From Trueperaceae bacterium (GTDB taxonomy: Bacteria > Deinococcota > Deinococci > Deinococcales > Trueperaceae), in NCBI GenBank assembly GCA_965214405.1, contig OZ243956.1, forward strand, positions 2,624,001 through 2,688,000: a DNA stretch of 64,000 nucleotides. Reading direction: 5' to 3'. The stretch's first letter is position 1; the number at the start of each line of letters is the position of its first letter. This document shows, in pieces, positions 1-9,105 of the stretch. The notes below the pieces were generated by a model. The model was not told the DNA's origin and did not search any database. It worked only from the letters and a program-made list of their open reading frames with translations. Position numbers and translations under genes: made by a program.

Positions 1-116
1 GCGGCAAGGCGACCGAGATTGCAGTATCAAAACTCGTCAACGGTGAGAGCGTGCCCAACCGTGAGGTGATGGCGAATCCGGAGGCGCTGGAGGAGATTGT
101 GGCGGTGGTTGGTTAA
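1..116 (+). CDS. 3' end of probable acetoacetate-CoA ligase (partial)
   Basis: Frame from nt 3 reads GKATEIAVSKLVNGESVPNREVMANPEAL..., like the GK..E.AV....G....N....ANPEAL C-terminus of acetoacetyl-CoA synthetases; TAA at 114-116. Confidence 0.65.
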   Translation, partial: GKATEIAVSKLVNGESVPNREVMANPEALEEIVAVVG

Positions 117-151
117 GAGGGCATAAACGAGCAAATTGGCGTCAACAAGAA

Positions 152-478
152 TTAGCGGAACGCTTCACCCTCACTTGCCGCCAACGCCTCGGCCACGTCA
201 TCAACGTCGTTTAGAAGGGAGCGGCCAAAAGAGAAGGTTTGGGTATGAAACGGCTCGCGCCGCGCTTCCCTCACAACTTCAACAGCGAGCCGTTCGGCTT
301 CCTCCTCGCTAAGCTCAGCCGCCTTTGGTCCAGGTTGCTTGATCGCCTCATCCCACTCCGTCAGCGCTAAATCTTGCCGCAGCAGTTCTTCAAGCTCCTC
401 CGCCCAACCTTGCCCTCGCCGACGGCGGAAGGACTCAATCTGCTCGGCCAGTTCGTCCGGTAGTTCCAGCGTCTTCAT
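152..478 (-). CDS. small antitoxin-like protein (RHH/VapB-like), no adjacent toxin
   Basis: MKTLELPDELAEQIE N-terminus and acidic C-terminus; ATG preceded by TGcTATGCT at 6 nt (leaderless-type start). Confidence 0.5.
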   Translation of the reverse strand: MKTLELPDELAEQIESFRRRRGQGWAEELEELLRQDLALTEWDEAIKQPGPKAAELSEEEAERLAVEVVREARREPFHTQTFSFGRSLLNDVDDVAEALAASEGEAFR

Positions 479-628
479 CGCCTCAGCATAGCACTTGCTA
501 AATGGGCGGCGAAGATGAGGCCAGAGAGAAGTAAAAGCTATAGGAGGCTCGCAAACACAAGGTGATGGTGAATTTAGAGGTGTTGGACGAGCTGGCTGAG
601 AACTATTTTCTGTGAACGCCCCGTAAAT

Positions 629-664
629 CGAGCACCCCCAGCATCTGACCGGGGGTGCTCGTTT
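629..664 (+). terminator. GC-rich hairpin, possible intrinsic terminator
   Basis: CGAGCACCCCC-N11-GGGGGTGCTCG followed by TTT. Confidence 0.45.
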
Positions 665-732
665 GGAAGAGGGGGCGGGGGTTAGCGGATGGTGATGCAC
701 GTTGCCCGCCCAACGTCAAGATACAGAGTTCG

Positions 733-772
733 CTGTCACAAAATTCTTACGGCTTTGTCACAGGTTTCTGAC
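733..772. promoter_or_regulatory. four 11-bp-phased direct repeats (OmpR/PhoB-type site candidate)
   Basis: CTGTCAC(733), TTCTTAC(744), TTGTCAC(755), TTCTGAC(766). Confidence 0.35.
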
Positions 773-908
773 GGGCAGACCCGCGCCCAAGCTACTCGGC
801 TTGTTGACGCGGCTCGAGCCCCCTCCCAAACCCCCTCCCCATATCCGTTATAGTGACCGGGGCAGCCTCCACCGGAACACCCCAGTCGGTTGCCCAAGAA
901 CGGTGCCG

Positions 909-1754
909 ATGCAAACTATCCAAGAACTCATCGACCTGATTAAGCTCGAGCCCATCGAGGCCAACCTTTTCAGAGGCCAAAATTATCAGGCCCCCTGGGG
1001 GCGCGTGTTCGGCGGTCAGGTGCTCGCTCAGTCGCTCCACGCGGCTTATCAGACGGTGCCCGAGGACCGCGCGGCGCACTCCGTCCACGCGTATTTCATC
1101 CTGCCCGGCGACATCGGCGTGCCCATCGTGTACGAGGTCGACCGCATCCGCGACGGCGGCTCGTTTACCACCCGCCGCGTGGTCGCCATCCAGAAGGGCC
1201 GCCCGATTTTCAACATGTCCGCGTCGTTTCAGCTCGAGCAGGCGGGGCTCTCCCACCAAGCCCCCATGCCCGACGTGCCGCCCCCCGACGCGCTGCAAAC
1301 GGACGTGGAGCTTTTGGAGACGTTGAACGGCGACGTTCCCAGAGCCCTGAGAGGCGCGCTCATCCCGCGGCCCCTAGAGTTTCGCCCGGTCGAGACCTTT
1401 GGTGAAGACGACGCGTACCCGCCCGTCCGGCACATCTGGATGAAGGCTAAAAGCCCCCTGCCCGACAACATGCGTTTGCACCAAGAGGTCTTCACCTACG
1501 CGTCGGACTACGACCTTTTGTATACGGCGCTGCTCCCTCACGCGGTGCAGTCCCATAAGGCGTTGCAGCTCGCCAGCATCGACCACGCGCTGTGGTTTCA
1601 TAGGCCTTTTAGGATGGACCAGTGGCTCTTGTTCGCGCTCGACAGCCCCAGCGCCTCGGGCGGGCGCGGCTTCTCGAGGGGGAGCCTTTTTACCGAAGAC
1701 GGTGTGCTCGTGGCGTCGGTGGTGCAGGAGGGGCTGGTGCGGGTTAAAAAGTAG
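909..1754 (+). CDS. tesB: acyl-CoA thioesterase II
   Basis: RVFGGQVLAQ, VDRIRDGGSFTTRRV, ASIDHALWFH, VVQEGL motifs. Confidence 0.95.
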   Translation: MQTIQELIDLIKLEPIEANLFRGQNYQAPWGRVFGGQVLAQSLHAAYQTVPEDRAAHSVHAYFILPGDIGVPIVYEVDRIRDGGSFTTRRVVAIQKGRPIFNMSASFQLEQAGLSHQAPMPDVPPPDALQTDVELLETLNGDVPRALRGALIPRPLEFRPVETFGEDDAYPPVRHIWMKAKSPLPDNMRLHQEVFTYASDYDLLYTALLPHAVQSHKALQLASIDHALWFHRPFRMDQWLLFALDSPSASGGRGFSRGSLFTEDGVLVASVVQEGLVRVKK

Positions 1755-1879
1755 AAAGACGTTCTTCTAAACTCCTCTGCCACTTCCGAAAGATTCTGAG
1801 GTGGTTTCTAAAAAGTTTTCAAAGTGTTGGACGCCTTTGTCTTATACTATTCTCGTGACTACCGCACGGACTTAACCCG

Positions 1880-3145
1880 CTAATCAAGCCGCCGGATAGC
1901 AGGTACGAGCAAACCGAGTAGCGCCAGAAGAATAGTCGCCCCGCCGTACCAGAGCGCCACTTGACCCACCTCAACACGCTCCGCTAGATAGCCCGTCAGC
2001 AGAAATCCCAAGGGCAGCAGCGCCAGCGATCCCAGCATGTCGATACTCACCACCCGCCCCAGCACCTCGTCGGGCACGAGCGCTTGCATCGTCGTCTCCC
2101 ACACCACCCCGAAGACCGCGATGCTCCCGCCAACCACCCCCATCGCGGCGACGCCTGCGCCAAGCCCCGGCGCGAGCGCGAGCGCCGCTAATCCGAGGCC
2201 CAGCACGACCACCGCGGAATAAGCGAGCAGGCCGCGGCGGCGCGGTCGGCCAAACTGGTTGAGCGTAACGGCACCTACCGTCGCGCCACCCGCCACGCCC
2301 GAAAGTAGCCAGCCGAGCGAGCTGGCCCCCGAGAAGCGCGCCTCGGCGAGCAGGGGCAGCAGCAGCACCGTCACGCCGCTCGTAAAGATGTTGACGAGCG
2401 AGAAAATCAGGATGCTCACCCACAGCCAGGCTGAACTCGCCACATAGCGGAAGCCTTCGCCTAAGTCCTTTAGGTAACCGGGTTTTGCCGCTCCCTCGCT
2501 TTTTACGTTCCTCTTCATATCCTCTGCATCTACAACAGCTCGAGGCCGCACCATCAAGAGACAGAGCGCGCCCACCACAAACGTGCCCGCGTCGAAGCCG
2601 AGCGCCAGCGTCAGGCCGCCCACGCTCACGAGCAGCCCGCCGAGCGGCGGTCCCAGGATGCCCGCGAGCTCCCTCGCCAAGGCGCGCGCCGCGTTCGCCT
2701 GCGTGAGACTCGCGCGCGCCACGAGCTGCGGCGTGATGCTCGAGGCCGCGGGCATAAAAAAGGCGCTGGCGAGCCCGAAGAGCGCAGACAAACCGTAAAG
2801 ATGACCCAGCCTCAGGTCGTCGCCCAGGAGTAAAAGGATGACCCCCGCGAGCAGCACCGCCTGGAAGGCGTCACTCACGATCAGCGTGAGCCGCCGCGGC
2901 AACCGGTCGACGAGCACCCCGCCCAGGAGCAAAAAAAGCACCTGCGGGACCACGTAAGTTGCCAAGAGCCGACCGAGTTGTCCGGCGTCCCCGCCGAGTT
3001 CGAAGAGGAGAAAGGGCAGGGCGACGCTGTACACCCGGTCTCCCAGAATGGAAACGGTCTGGCCCAGCCAAAACCATAGGAAAGAGGGTTGCCTGAGTGG
3101 GTGCGCTGTGGGTGGTGTGGGTACTGGTGGTGTGGGCGTCCTCAT
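1880..3145 (-). CDS. MFS efflux transporter (DHA3-like)
   Basis: About 12 hydrophobic segments; GQTVSILGD, GGVLVDRLPRR, LGRV motifs. Confidence 0.9.
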   Translation of the reverse strand: MRTPTPPVPTPPTAHPLRQPSFLWFWLGQTVSILGDRVYSVALPFLLFELGGDAGQLGRLLATYVVPQVLFLLLGGVLVDRLPRRLTLIVSDAFQAVLLAGVILLLLGDDLRLGHLYGLSALFGLASAFFMPAASSITPQLVARASLTQANAARALARELAGILGPPLGGLLVSVGGLTLALGFDAGTFVVGALCLLMVRPRAVVDAEDMKRNVKSEGAAKPGYLKDLGEGFRYVASSAWLWVSILIFSLVNIFTSGVTVLLLPLLAEARFSGASSLGWLLSGVAGGATVGAVTLNQFGRPRRRGLLAYSAVVVLGLGLAALALAPGLGAGVAAMGVVGGSIAVFGVVWETTMQALVPDEVLGRVVSIDMLGSLALLPLGFLLTGYLAERVEVGQVALWYGGATILLALLGLLVPAIRRLD

Positions 3146-3174
3146 ATCCCTACTCTCGAGCTAAGCTGCTCTCA

Positions 3175-3831
3175 ATGAAAGAAGAAAATGCAAGCAGCAC
3201 GCTCGAGGTGACGGACGTCGAGACGGCGAACGTGCTCACAGACCCCGAGCATCTGCGCTACATCGCGCCTTTTTTGGGGCGCGAACGCACCGTAGGCGAG
3301 GTGGCGCGTGAGACAAGAAGCACGTTTAGCACGACCTATAGGAGAGTCAAACGCTACTGCGATCTGGGCATCCTCGAGGTGGCGCGCGAGCATAAACGCA
3401 AAGGCAAACCTCTGAAAATCTACCGCACGGTTGCCGACGCCTTTTTTATCCCGCTTCGGCTTACGGGCGGACCGGAAGAACGCAGCGCACGGTGGCAGAA
3501 GCACTGGGAACGCGACTTTCAGCGGAGCTTTAGACACGCCTACAGGGATGAACTTGAGACCTGGGGGCAGCGCATTTACCGTAAAGACGGCGTCTTTGTC
3601 TCGATGACGGCGAAAAGCCCCAGCGAAGACCTCGACACCCTCACCGCCGAGATGCCCGCTTTTTTTAGCCGCTTTCACGATTCCCTTTACTTAGACTTCG
3701 CCGAGGCCAAAGCTTTCCAGCGAGAACTCGAGGCGCTTTTTAACACCTATGCGAACAAAACGGGCGGGCAGCGGTACATGATGCGCATTTCGTTCGCGCC
3801 TGTGCCGGAGGATACCGGGGTTATTCCGTAA
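3175..3831 (+). CDS. winged-helix (ArsR-like) transcriptional regulator, divergent from the MFS gene
   Basis: ERTVGEVARET..STTYRRVKRY..LGILEV...GKPLKIYR HTH pattern; TAAGCT 7 nt before ATG. Confidence 0.75.
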   Translation: MKEENASSTLEVTDVETANVLTDPEHLRYIAPFLGRERTVGEVARETRSTFSTTYRRVKRYCDLGILEVAREHKRKGKPLKIYRTVADAFFIPLRLTGGPEERSARWQKHWERDFQRSFRHAYRDELETWGQRIYRKDGVFVSMTAKSPSEDLDTLTAEMPAFFSRFHDSLYLDFAEAKAFQRELEALFNTYANKTGGQRYMMRISFAPVPEDTGVIP

Positions 3832-3978
3832 AGGTGAGCAAATCTTGGCTTTGTCCTGATTTATTCAGCTTCATGGTGTCCGCATGACGTCCTCCCGGTA
3901 TGGTAAAACTGAAAGCGCCCGCAAGGCTCAACTTATGCACCGCGTTACGGTGCCAATTTCTCATAAGGAGAACGTTTT

Positions 3979-5349
3979 ATGCCAAAAAACCGCCCCGCCC
4001 TTTCCTTCGCCCTCGGTTTGCTGTTCGCGCTTTTGTGCCTGAGTTTTGCGAACGCGCAGACGCAGTACGGGGATGATTTCGTCTACGGCGACGCCCGCGT
4101 CGACGCGCCCGAGCTGGCCCCGCGCGGCTCTTACAGCGTCGGCGTGAGGACAATGGACATCACCAATCCCGACCAGCTCGACATTTTAAGCTACAGCGAG
4201 ACGAACCAGAACCCGCGCTATGACCGGACAATGACGCTCGAGGTCTGGTACCCCGCCGTCGTCCCCGAGGGCGAAGAGGAACTCACCACCTACAGCGACG
4301 TACTGGGCACCGGCCCCGACAACCCCGAGCGGCCCAACACGCCCTTTACCTTTGCCGGACGCGCGCTCAGGGACGCAGAGCCCGACGCCGCAAGCGCGCC
4401 TTACCCTTTGGTCATCGTCTCGCACGGCTACCCCGGCTCGCGCGTGCTGATGACCTACTTGACTGAAAATTTGGCTTCCAAGGGTTACGTGGTCGTCGCC
4501 ATCGACCACACCGAGTCCACCCACGGCGATAAGGTGGGTTTTGCCAGCACGCTCCTCAACCGCCCGTTAGACCAGTTGTTCGTGCTCGAGCAAATGGCCG
4601 ACATGGGCGCGGCGGATTCGGGAAGCTTTCTCTCAGGCCTTGTCAACGCGGACGACACCGCCATCGTCGGCTACTCGATGGGCGGCTACGGCGCGCTCAA
4701 CGCCGCGGGCGCGGGTTTTAGCGAGGCCATTGTGAATGCGCCTTTTGTGCCCGGCGGAGAGCTGGCGGCGCGGCAGACGGGCAACTACGAGGTAGACCCG
4801 CGCATCAAGGCGGTCGTGGCCCTGGCTCCCTGGGGCGGCGAGGCGGCGCTCGCTTCCATCGGCGTGCCCGGCCTTTCCTTTTGGGACGCGGAAGGCTTGG
4901 CGGGTTTGGAGGTCCCCACCATGTTCATCGTCGGCAGCGAGGACGACGTGGCGGGCTACGAGGGCGGGGTGAAGTCACTCTTCGAGGGCGCGGTCAACGC
5001 TGAGCGTTACATGTTGGTTTTTGAGAACGCCCGCCACAACGTCGCGCCCAACCCCGTGCCCGCCGCCGCCGAGGCTCGCTTTGAAGACTACATGCACTAC
5101 GCCGAGCCCGTCTGGGACAGGCCGCGCACGAACAACATCGTCCAGCACTTCGTCACCGCCTTTTTGGGCGAGACGCTTAAAGGCGAGGATTATGAAGAGT
5201 ACCTAGACGTGGTGCCCGTCGCCGCCGAGGGCGTCTGGTCGCGCAACGAGGACGGCAGCCCCGCCGCGGATAATACCTACTGGACGGGCTTTGAGAACCG
5301 GACGGCGCTCGGTTTAGAGCTTTACCACGAGTTGCCGCCAAGCCAGTAG
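3979..5349 (+). CDS. secreted alpha/beta hydrolase (PAF-acetylhydrolase/dienelactone hydrolase-like)
   Basis: Signal peptide, [17 protein letters not shown] nucleophile elbow; AAGGAG RBS. Confidence 0.85.
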   Translation: MPKNRPALSFALGLLFALLCLSFANAQTQYGDDFVYGDARVDAPELAPRGSYSVGVRTMDITNPDQLDILSYSETNQNPRYDRTMTLEVWYPAVVPEGEEELTTYSDVLGTGPDNPERPNTPFTFAGRALRDAEPDAASAPYPLVIVSHGYPGSRVLMTYLTENLASKGYVVVAIDHTESTHGDKVGFASTLLNRPLDQLFVLEQMADMGAADSGSFLSGLVNADDTAIVGYSMGGYGALNAAGAGFSEAIVNAPFVPGGELAARQTGNYEVDPRIKAVVALAPWGGEAALASIGVPGLSFWDAEGLAGLEVPTMFIVGSEDDVAGYEGGVKSLFEGAVNAERYMLVFENARHNVAPNPVPAAAEARFEDYMHYAEPVWDRPRTNNIVQHFVTAFLGETLKGEDYEEYLDVVPVAAEGVWSRNEDGSPAADNTYWTGFENRTALGLELYHELPPSQ

Positions 5350-5391
5350 CTCGAGCCGAAACGCATCCCAAAAACGTTCTAAAAACGTTGT

Positions 5392-5424
5392 CGCCCGGTC
5401 ACATGGTTGGCCGGGCGTTTCTGT
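5392..5424 (+). terminator. possible intrinsic terminator
   Basis: CGCCCGGTCA-N6-TGGCCGGGCG then TTTCTGT. Confidence 0.45.
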
Positions 5425-5446
5425 TGTGAATAGGCTATAAAGAAGT

Positions 5447-5794
5447 GTGGCCGCTTTTTTGGTGTTGAGTCTGCTGGGTCTCGCGCTCGCGTTCGCGGGC
5501 CTCGAGCTTCTTTCGCGCTACCGGGCTGAAGCTGTGGTGGGTTCAAAGGAGTGGAACGCCTACCAGGTGCGCTTGCGGGACCATCTGGACGCCTCTCCCT
5601 ACGAGGAGGATGAGCGGCGGCGGGAGGTTTACGAAAGGCGGCTCGAGGCGGGGGCGGCCAGGGGCGTGTTTGCCGACGAGGAGGAGCGCAGGCGGGCGCG
5701 GGTCTTAAAGCTTCATCGGGATATCCACCGCGAGCGTGACGAAGCCCAATGGGCCGAACTGCGGCGGGCGCGGCAGGACGACCAAACCTTGTAG
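5447..5794 (+). CDS. hypothetical protein with N-terminal membrane anchor
   Basis: Hydrophobic N-terminus, charged helical remainder, genome-like codon usage. Confidence 0.6.
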   Translation: MAAFLVLSLLGLALAFAGLELLSRYRAEAVVGSKEWNAYQVRLRDHLDASPYEEDERRREVYERRLEAGAARGVFADEEERRRARVLKLHRDIHRERDEAQWAELRRARQDDQTL

Positions 5795-5816
5795 GAGGAG
5801 CGCTGTACAATCCTTT

Positions 5817-6977
5817 ATGCCCAGCTTCGACGACATCATCTTAGGCGGCGGCGCGTCCGGCTTGAGCTTGGCCTATCACATAACGCAAGCGGGTCTGGAC
5901 CGGCGTATTTTGCTCGTAGAGCGCGCGCCCAAGGCGGGGCACGACCGCACCTGGTGCTTTTGGGAAAAGGGCGATGGACCCTTTGAAGGGGCGGTACACC
6001 GCCGTTGGGAGCATCTGTGGCTGCACGGCCCCGGCGGTTCGCAAAAGTTAGACATCGCGCCCTACACCTACAAAATGATTCGTAGCGGCGACTTTTATAA
6101 CCTAATGGATGAGTGGTTGGCGCTCCAGCCCAACGTCACCCGGCTCTACGGCACCGTCACCGGGGTGGAGGAGCGTGGAGACGGCGTGCGCGTGTGGGTT
6201 GATGAGCAGGCTTTTGAAGGAAAGTGGGCTTATAACAGCTTTTACACGCCGGAGATGGCGCGGGGGGGCTCGAGCCGCCTCCTCCAGCACTTCCGCGGTT
6301 GGGTGCTCGAAACGGACCTTCCCACGTTTGACCCGAACAGCGCCACGCTGATGGATTTTCGGGTGGCGCAGCACGGGGAGGTGCGCTTTGTCTACGTGCT
6401 CCCCTTAGACGCGCGCCGCGCGCTGGTCGAGTACACCCTGTTCTCGCCGCAGCTACTCTCGAGTGAGGCCTATGACGCCGGGCTCAGGGGGTATTTGGGG
6501 GAGGTGCTGGAGCTTGACGATTACCGCGTCCTCGAGCGCGAAGAGGGCGTCATCCCCATGACCGACGCCGTGTTTCCGCTCCGGCCCTCCCCCCACGTGC
6601 TCGCCATCGGCACGGCGGGCGGCTGCGCCAAGCCCTCGACCGGCTACACCTTCCAGCGCATCCAAAAGCAGTCGCGGCGCATTACCCGGCAACTATCAAG
6701 GACCGGGAACCCGCTCTACACCCCCCCGCCCCTGGACCGCTACCGCTGGCTGGACAGCGTGATGCTGCGGGTACTGGCGACGGGGCGGCAGGACGGGGCC
6801 GAGTTTTTCTGCGACCTGTTCCGGCGCAACCCTGTGGAGCGGGTGCTCGATTTTCTTAATGAAGACTCCACGCTGACCCAAGACCTGGCCCTGATGCTTT
6901 CGGTAGACAACAATCTGCTGTTCGCGGCGACGGGGGTTGAAGTGACCGCCTCGAGCCTTAAACGCAGCCTGACCTGA
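5817..6977 (+). CDS. lycopene cyclase family FAD-dependent protein (CrtY/CrtL-like)
   Basis: DDIILGGGASGLSLA, DRTWCFW, LMDFRV, FVYVLP, ALVEYT, EEGVIPM, KPSTGYTF; TACAAT 5 nt before ATG. Confidence 0.88.
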   Translation: MPSFDDIILGGGASGLSLAYHITQAGLDRRILLVERAPKAGHDRTWCFWEKGDGPFEGAVHRRWEHLWLHGPGGSQKLDIAPYTYKMIRSGDFYNLMDEWLALQPNVTRLYGTVTGVEERGDGVRVWVDEQAFEGKWAYNSFYTPEMARGGSSRLLQHFRGWVLETDLPTFDPNSATLMDFRVAQHGEVRFVYVLPLDARRALVEYTLFSPQLLSSEAYDAGLRGYLGEVLELDDYRVLEREEGVIPMTDAVFPLRPSPHVLAIGTAGGCAKPSTGYTFQRIQKQSRRITRQLSRTGNPLYTPPPLDRYRWLDSVMLRVLATGRQDGAEFFCDLFRRNPVERVLDFLNEDSTLTQDLALMLSVDNNLLFAATGVEVTASSLKRSLT

Positions 6978-6998
6978 ACAAAAAACAACATCACCCTC

Positions 6999-7027
6999 TT
7001 GACATTTGCTACACTGCGTAGCAGAAT
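6999..7027 (+). promoter_or_regulatory. sigma70 promoter with overlapping BlaI/CopY-type operator
   Basis: TTGACA(6999)-17 bp-CAGAAT(7022); TGCTACA-CTG-CGTAGCA palindrome at 7007-7023. Confidence 0.7.
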
Positions 7028-7034
7028 AAGCGCT

Positions 7035-7460
7035 GTGTCAGACCCCGCGCCGCCTCACAAGGTTAACTATAAATTTGAGAGCGTGTTTGGCCCCCTCGAG
7101 GCCGCCATCATGGAGGCGATGTGGGCGCTCGGGCAGGCGGAAGTGCGCGAGGTGACTGACGTGCTCCCGCGCGACAACGCCTACACCACGGTCAAAACCG
7201 TGATGGAGCGGCTTACCAAAAAGGGCTTTTTGACGCGCGTCCGCAACGGCAAGGCCTACCGCTACACGCCCGCGCTTTCGCAAGAGGCGCTCGAGGCGCG
7301 GGTCGCGCAGGAGGCGTCGCGGCGGCTTCTGGACGGCTTCGGCAGCGTGGCCTTGACGCACTTTGTCGAGGCGGCGCGTGAGGACCCGGCACAGCTAGCG
7401 GAATTGCGGGGGCTGCTTGACGGCCTTGTTGATGAAGATAAAAACGAAGAGGAAGCGTAA
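7035..7460 (+). CDS. BlaI/MecI/CopY family transcriptional repressor
   Basis: FGPLEAAIMEAMW, AYTTVKTVMERLTKKGFL, GKAYRY motifs. Confidence 0.9.
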   Translation: MSDPAPPHKVNYKFESVFGPLEAAIMEAMWALGQAEVREVTDVLPRDNAYTTVKTVMERLTKKGFLTRVRNGKAYRYTPALSQEALEARVAQEASRRLLDGFGSVALTHFVEAAREDPAQLAELRGLLDGLVDEDKNEEEA

Positions 7461-7462
7461 GG

Positions 7463-8347
7463 GTGGCGCTGCTTCTTTACCCACAGTTTGTGCTCGCCTT
7501 TTGGGCACCCCTCGTCGTCTTGGGTCTCTGGCGCATGACCGCGCGTTGGCACCAACATTTAACACCACGCACGCGCTTTTGGCTGGCGTGGGGGGTGACA
7601 GTGTTCCCGCTTCTATCTCTTTTTGTTCCTTATCTGCCGAATCTGCCCCTTCGGGAGGCGCTGCCCTACCGCGTCCCCGTCGCCTGGGGAGTGCTCAACA
7701 GCCCGGACCTCACGCACGCGCCCTTCTGGTACGCGTTCGCGGTGCATCTACCCTTTCTGCTAACCCTTTTGGGGCTTCTCGCGTCCTTTGTCTACAGCAT
7801 TTTAGAAGAGGCCGCGGCGCTCTGGAAAGTGTCTCGTATAAAAAGCACACGCGTCGGTCGGGTGCGCGTCTTGCACGTCCCCGGCGAGGTCGCCTTTACC
7901 CTGGGTGTCTTTAGACCCCGCATCTACCTGAGCGAGGCGGTGTGGACGGGGGCACACCGCGACGCCGTGCTAGCGCACGAAGAGGCGCATTGCCGGGCGC
8001 GCCATCCGTTGCTGCTGGCCCTGGCGCGGCTCTCGGCGCGGGTGTGGTGGTATCTTCTGCTCGCGTGGGAGGCGCGGCTCGAGTGCGACCTCACCGCCGA
8101 ACTCTGCGCCGACGAGGCCGCGGTGCGCGCGGCGGGCCGTGCGTCTTTGGCTCGAGCCATGCAGCACGCGCTGCTTCAGAAGCAGGAGCATGTTTATAAA
8201 CCGGCCACCGCGTTCGCGTCTCAGCAAGCCAAAGAGGGTTTGCTTTTAACGCGCGCCCACGCGCTGCTAAACCGACCGCGCAAGTTACCCGTCATTGTCA
8301 AGCTGGGACTGGTTGGAGCCTACTTGCTCCTCTTTTTTCTCCTCTAA
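7463..8347 (+). CDS. M56 family membrane metallopeptidase (BlaR1-like)
   Basis: AFTLGVFRPRIYLS, VLAHEEAH (HExxH), AELCADE; follows the BlaI-like gene. Confidence 0.88.
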   Translation: MALLLYPQFVLAFWAPLVVLGLWRMTARWHQHLTPRTRFWLAWGVTVFPLLSLFVPYLPNLPLREALPYRVPVAWGVLNSPDLTHAPFWYAFAVHLPFLLTLLGLLASFVYSILEEAAALWKVSRIKSTRVGRVRVLHVPGEVAFTLGVFRPRIYLSEAVWTGAHRDAVLAHEEAHCRARHPLLLALARLSARVWWYLLLAWEARLECDLTAELCADEAAVRAAGRASLARAMQHALLQKQEHVYKPATAFASQQAKEGLLLTRAHALLNRPRKLPVIVKLGLVGAYLLLFFLL

Positions 8348-8363
8348 TTTTTTTGTCTCGATG

Positions 8364-8380
8364 TGCTACACATTGTAGCA
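8364..8380. promoter_or_regulatory. second BlaI-type operator, upstream of the ABC ATPase
   Basis: Perfect arms TGCTACA-CAT-TGTAGCA, same length and arms as 7007-7023. Confidence 0.7.
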
Positions 8381-8397
8381 GTAAAAGAAAGGAAATC

Positions 8398-9105
8398 ATG
8401 CAACACGCCATCCTCACCAAAAACCTCAGCAAGTCGTACGGGCGCACCCCGGCGCTTCAGGACGTGTGTCTGAGGGTGCCCGTCGGCACCGTTTACGCGC
8501 TCCTTGGGCCCAACGGCGCGGGCAAGAGCACCACGCTGGCTATCTTGCTCGGGCTACTCCCCGCGAGTGCGGGCAGCGTCGAGCTGTTTGGCGAGCCCTG
8601 GACGCGGGACGCGCTGGAGCGCATCGGCGCGAGCATCAACGGTCCCGCGCTCTACGCGCACTTGAGCGCGCGGGAAAACCTCGAGATCCACACGTGCTTA
8701 CTGGGTCTTTCGCCTCAAAGGATTGGGGAGACGCTCGAGCAAGTGGGCCTCAGCGACACCGGGCGCAAACCCGCCGGAAGGTTTAGCACCGGCATGAAAA
8801 GCCGCCTCACGCTCGCCATCGCCTTGTTAAACAAGCCCGATTTGTTGATTTTAGACGAGCCTCAAAATGGCCTAGATCCCGAGGGCATCCGCGAATTGCG
8901 AACGCTGCTGCGTGGTTACGCAGGCGAAGGACGCACCGTCCTCATCTCGAGCCACCTCCTCGGCGAGGTCGTCCAACTTGCCGAGGAGATAGGCGTCATC
9001 GCTCACGGGCGCTTGCGTTATCAGGGGCCGCGTTCAGAACTCGCGCCGACGGGGACGGAACTCGAAGAGGCGTATTTGGCCCTCACCCAAAGGGCCGCCA
9101 CGTGA
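8398..9105 (+). CDS. ABC transporter ATP-binding protein, LanF/BcrA-like
   Basis: GPNGAGKST, FSTGMKSRL, ILDEPQNGLDPEGIRELR, ISSHLL. Confidence 0.88.
   Translation: MQHAILTKNLSKSYGRTPALQDVCLRVPVGTVYALLGPNGAGKSTTLAILLGLLPASAGSVELFGEPWTRDALERIGASINGPALYAHLSARENLEIHTCLLGLSPQRIGETLEQVGLSDTGRKPAGRFSTGMKSRLTLAIALLNKPDLLILDEPQNGLDPEGIRELRTLLRGYAGEGRTVLISSHLLGEVVQLAEEIGVIAHGRLRYQGPRSELAPTGTELEEAYLALTQRAAT

Noticed and set aside
520..614. Short + strand frame (VMVNLEVLDELAENYFL*) before a hairpin
   Set aside because: Too short, upstream stops in frame, no recognisable family; at most a gene remnant
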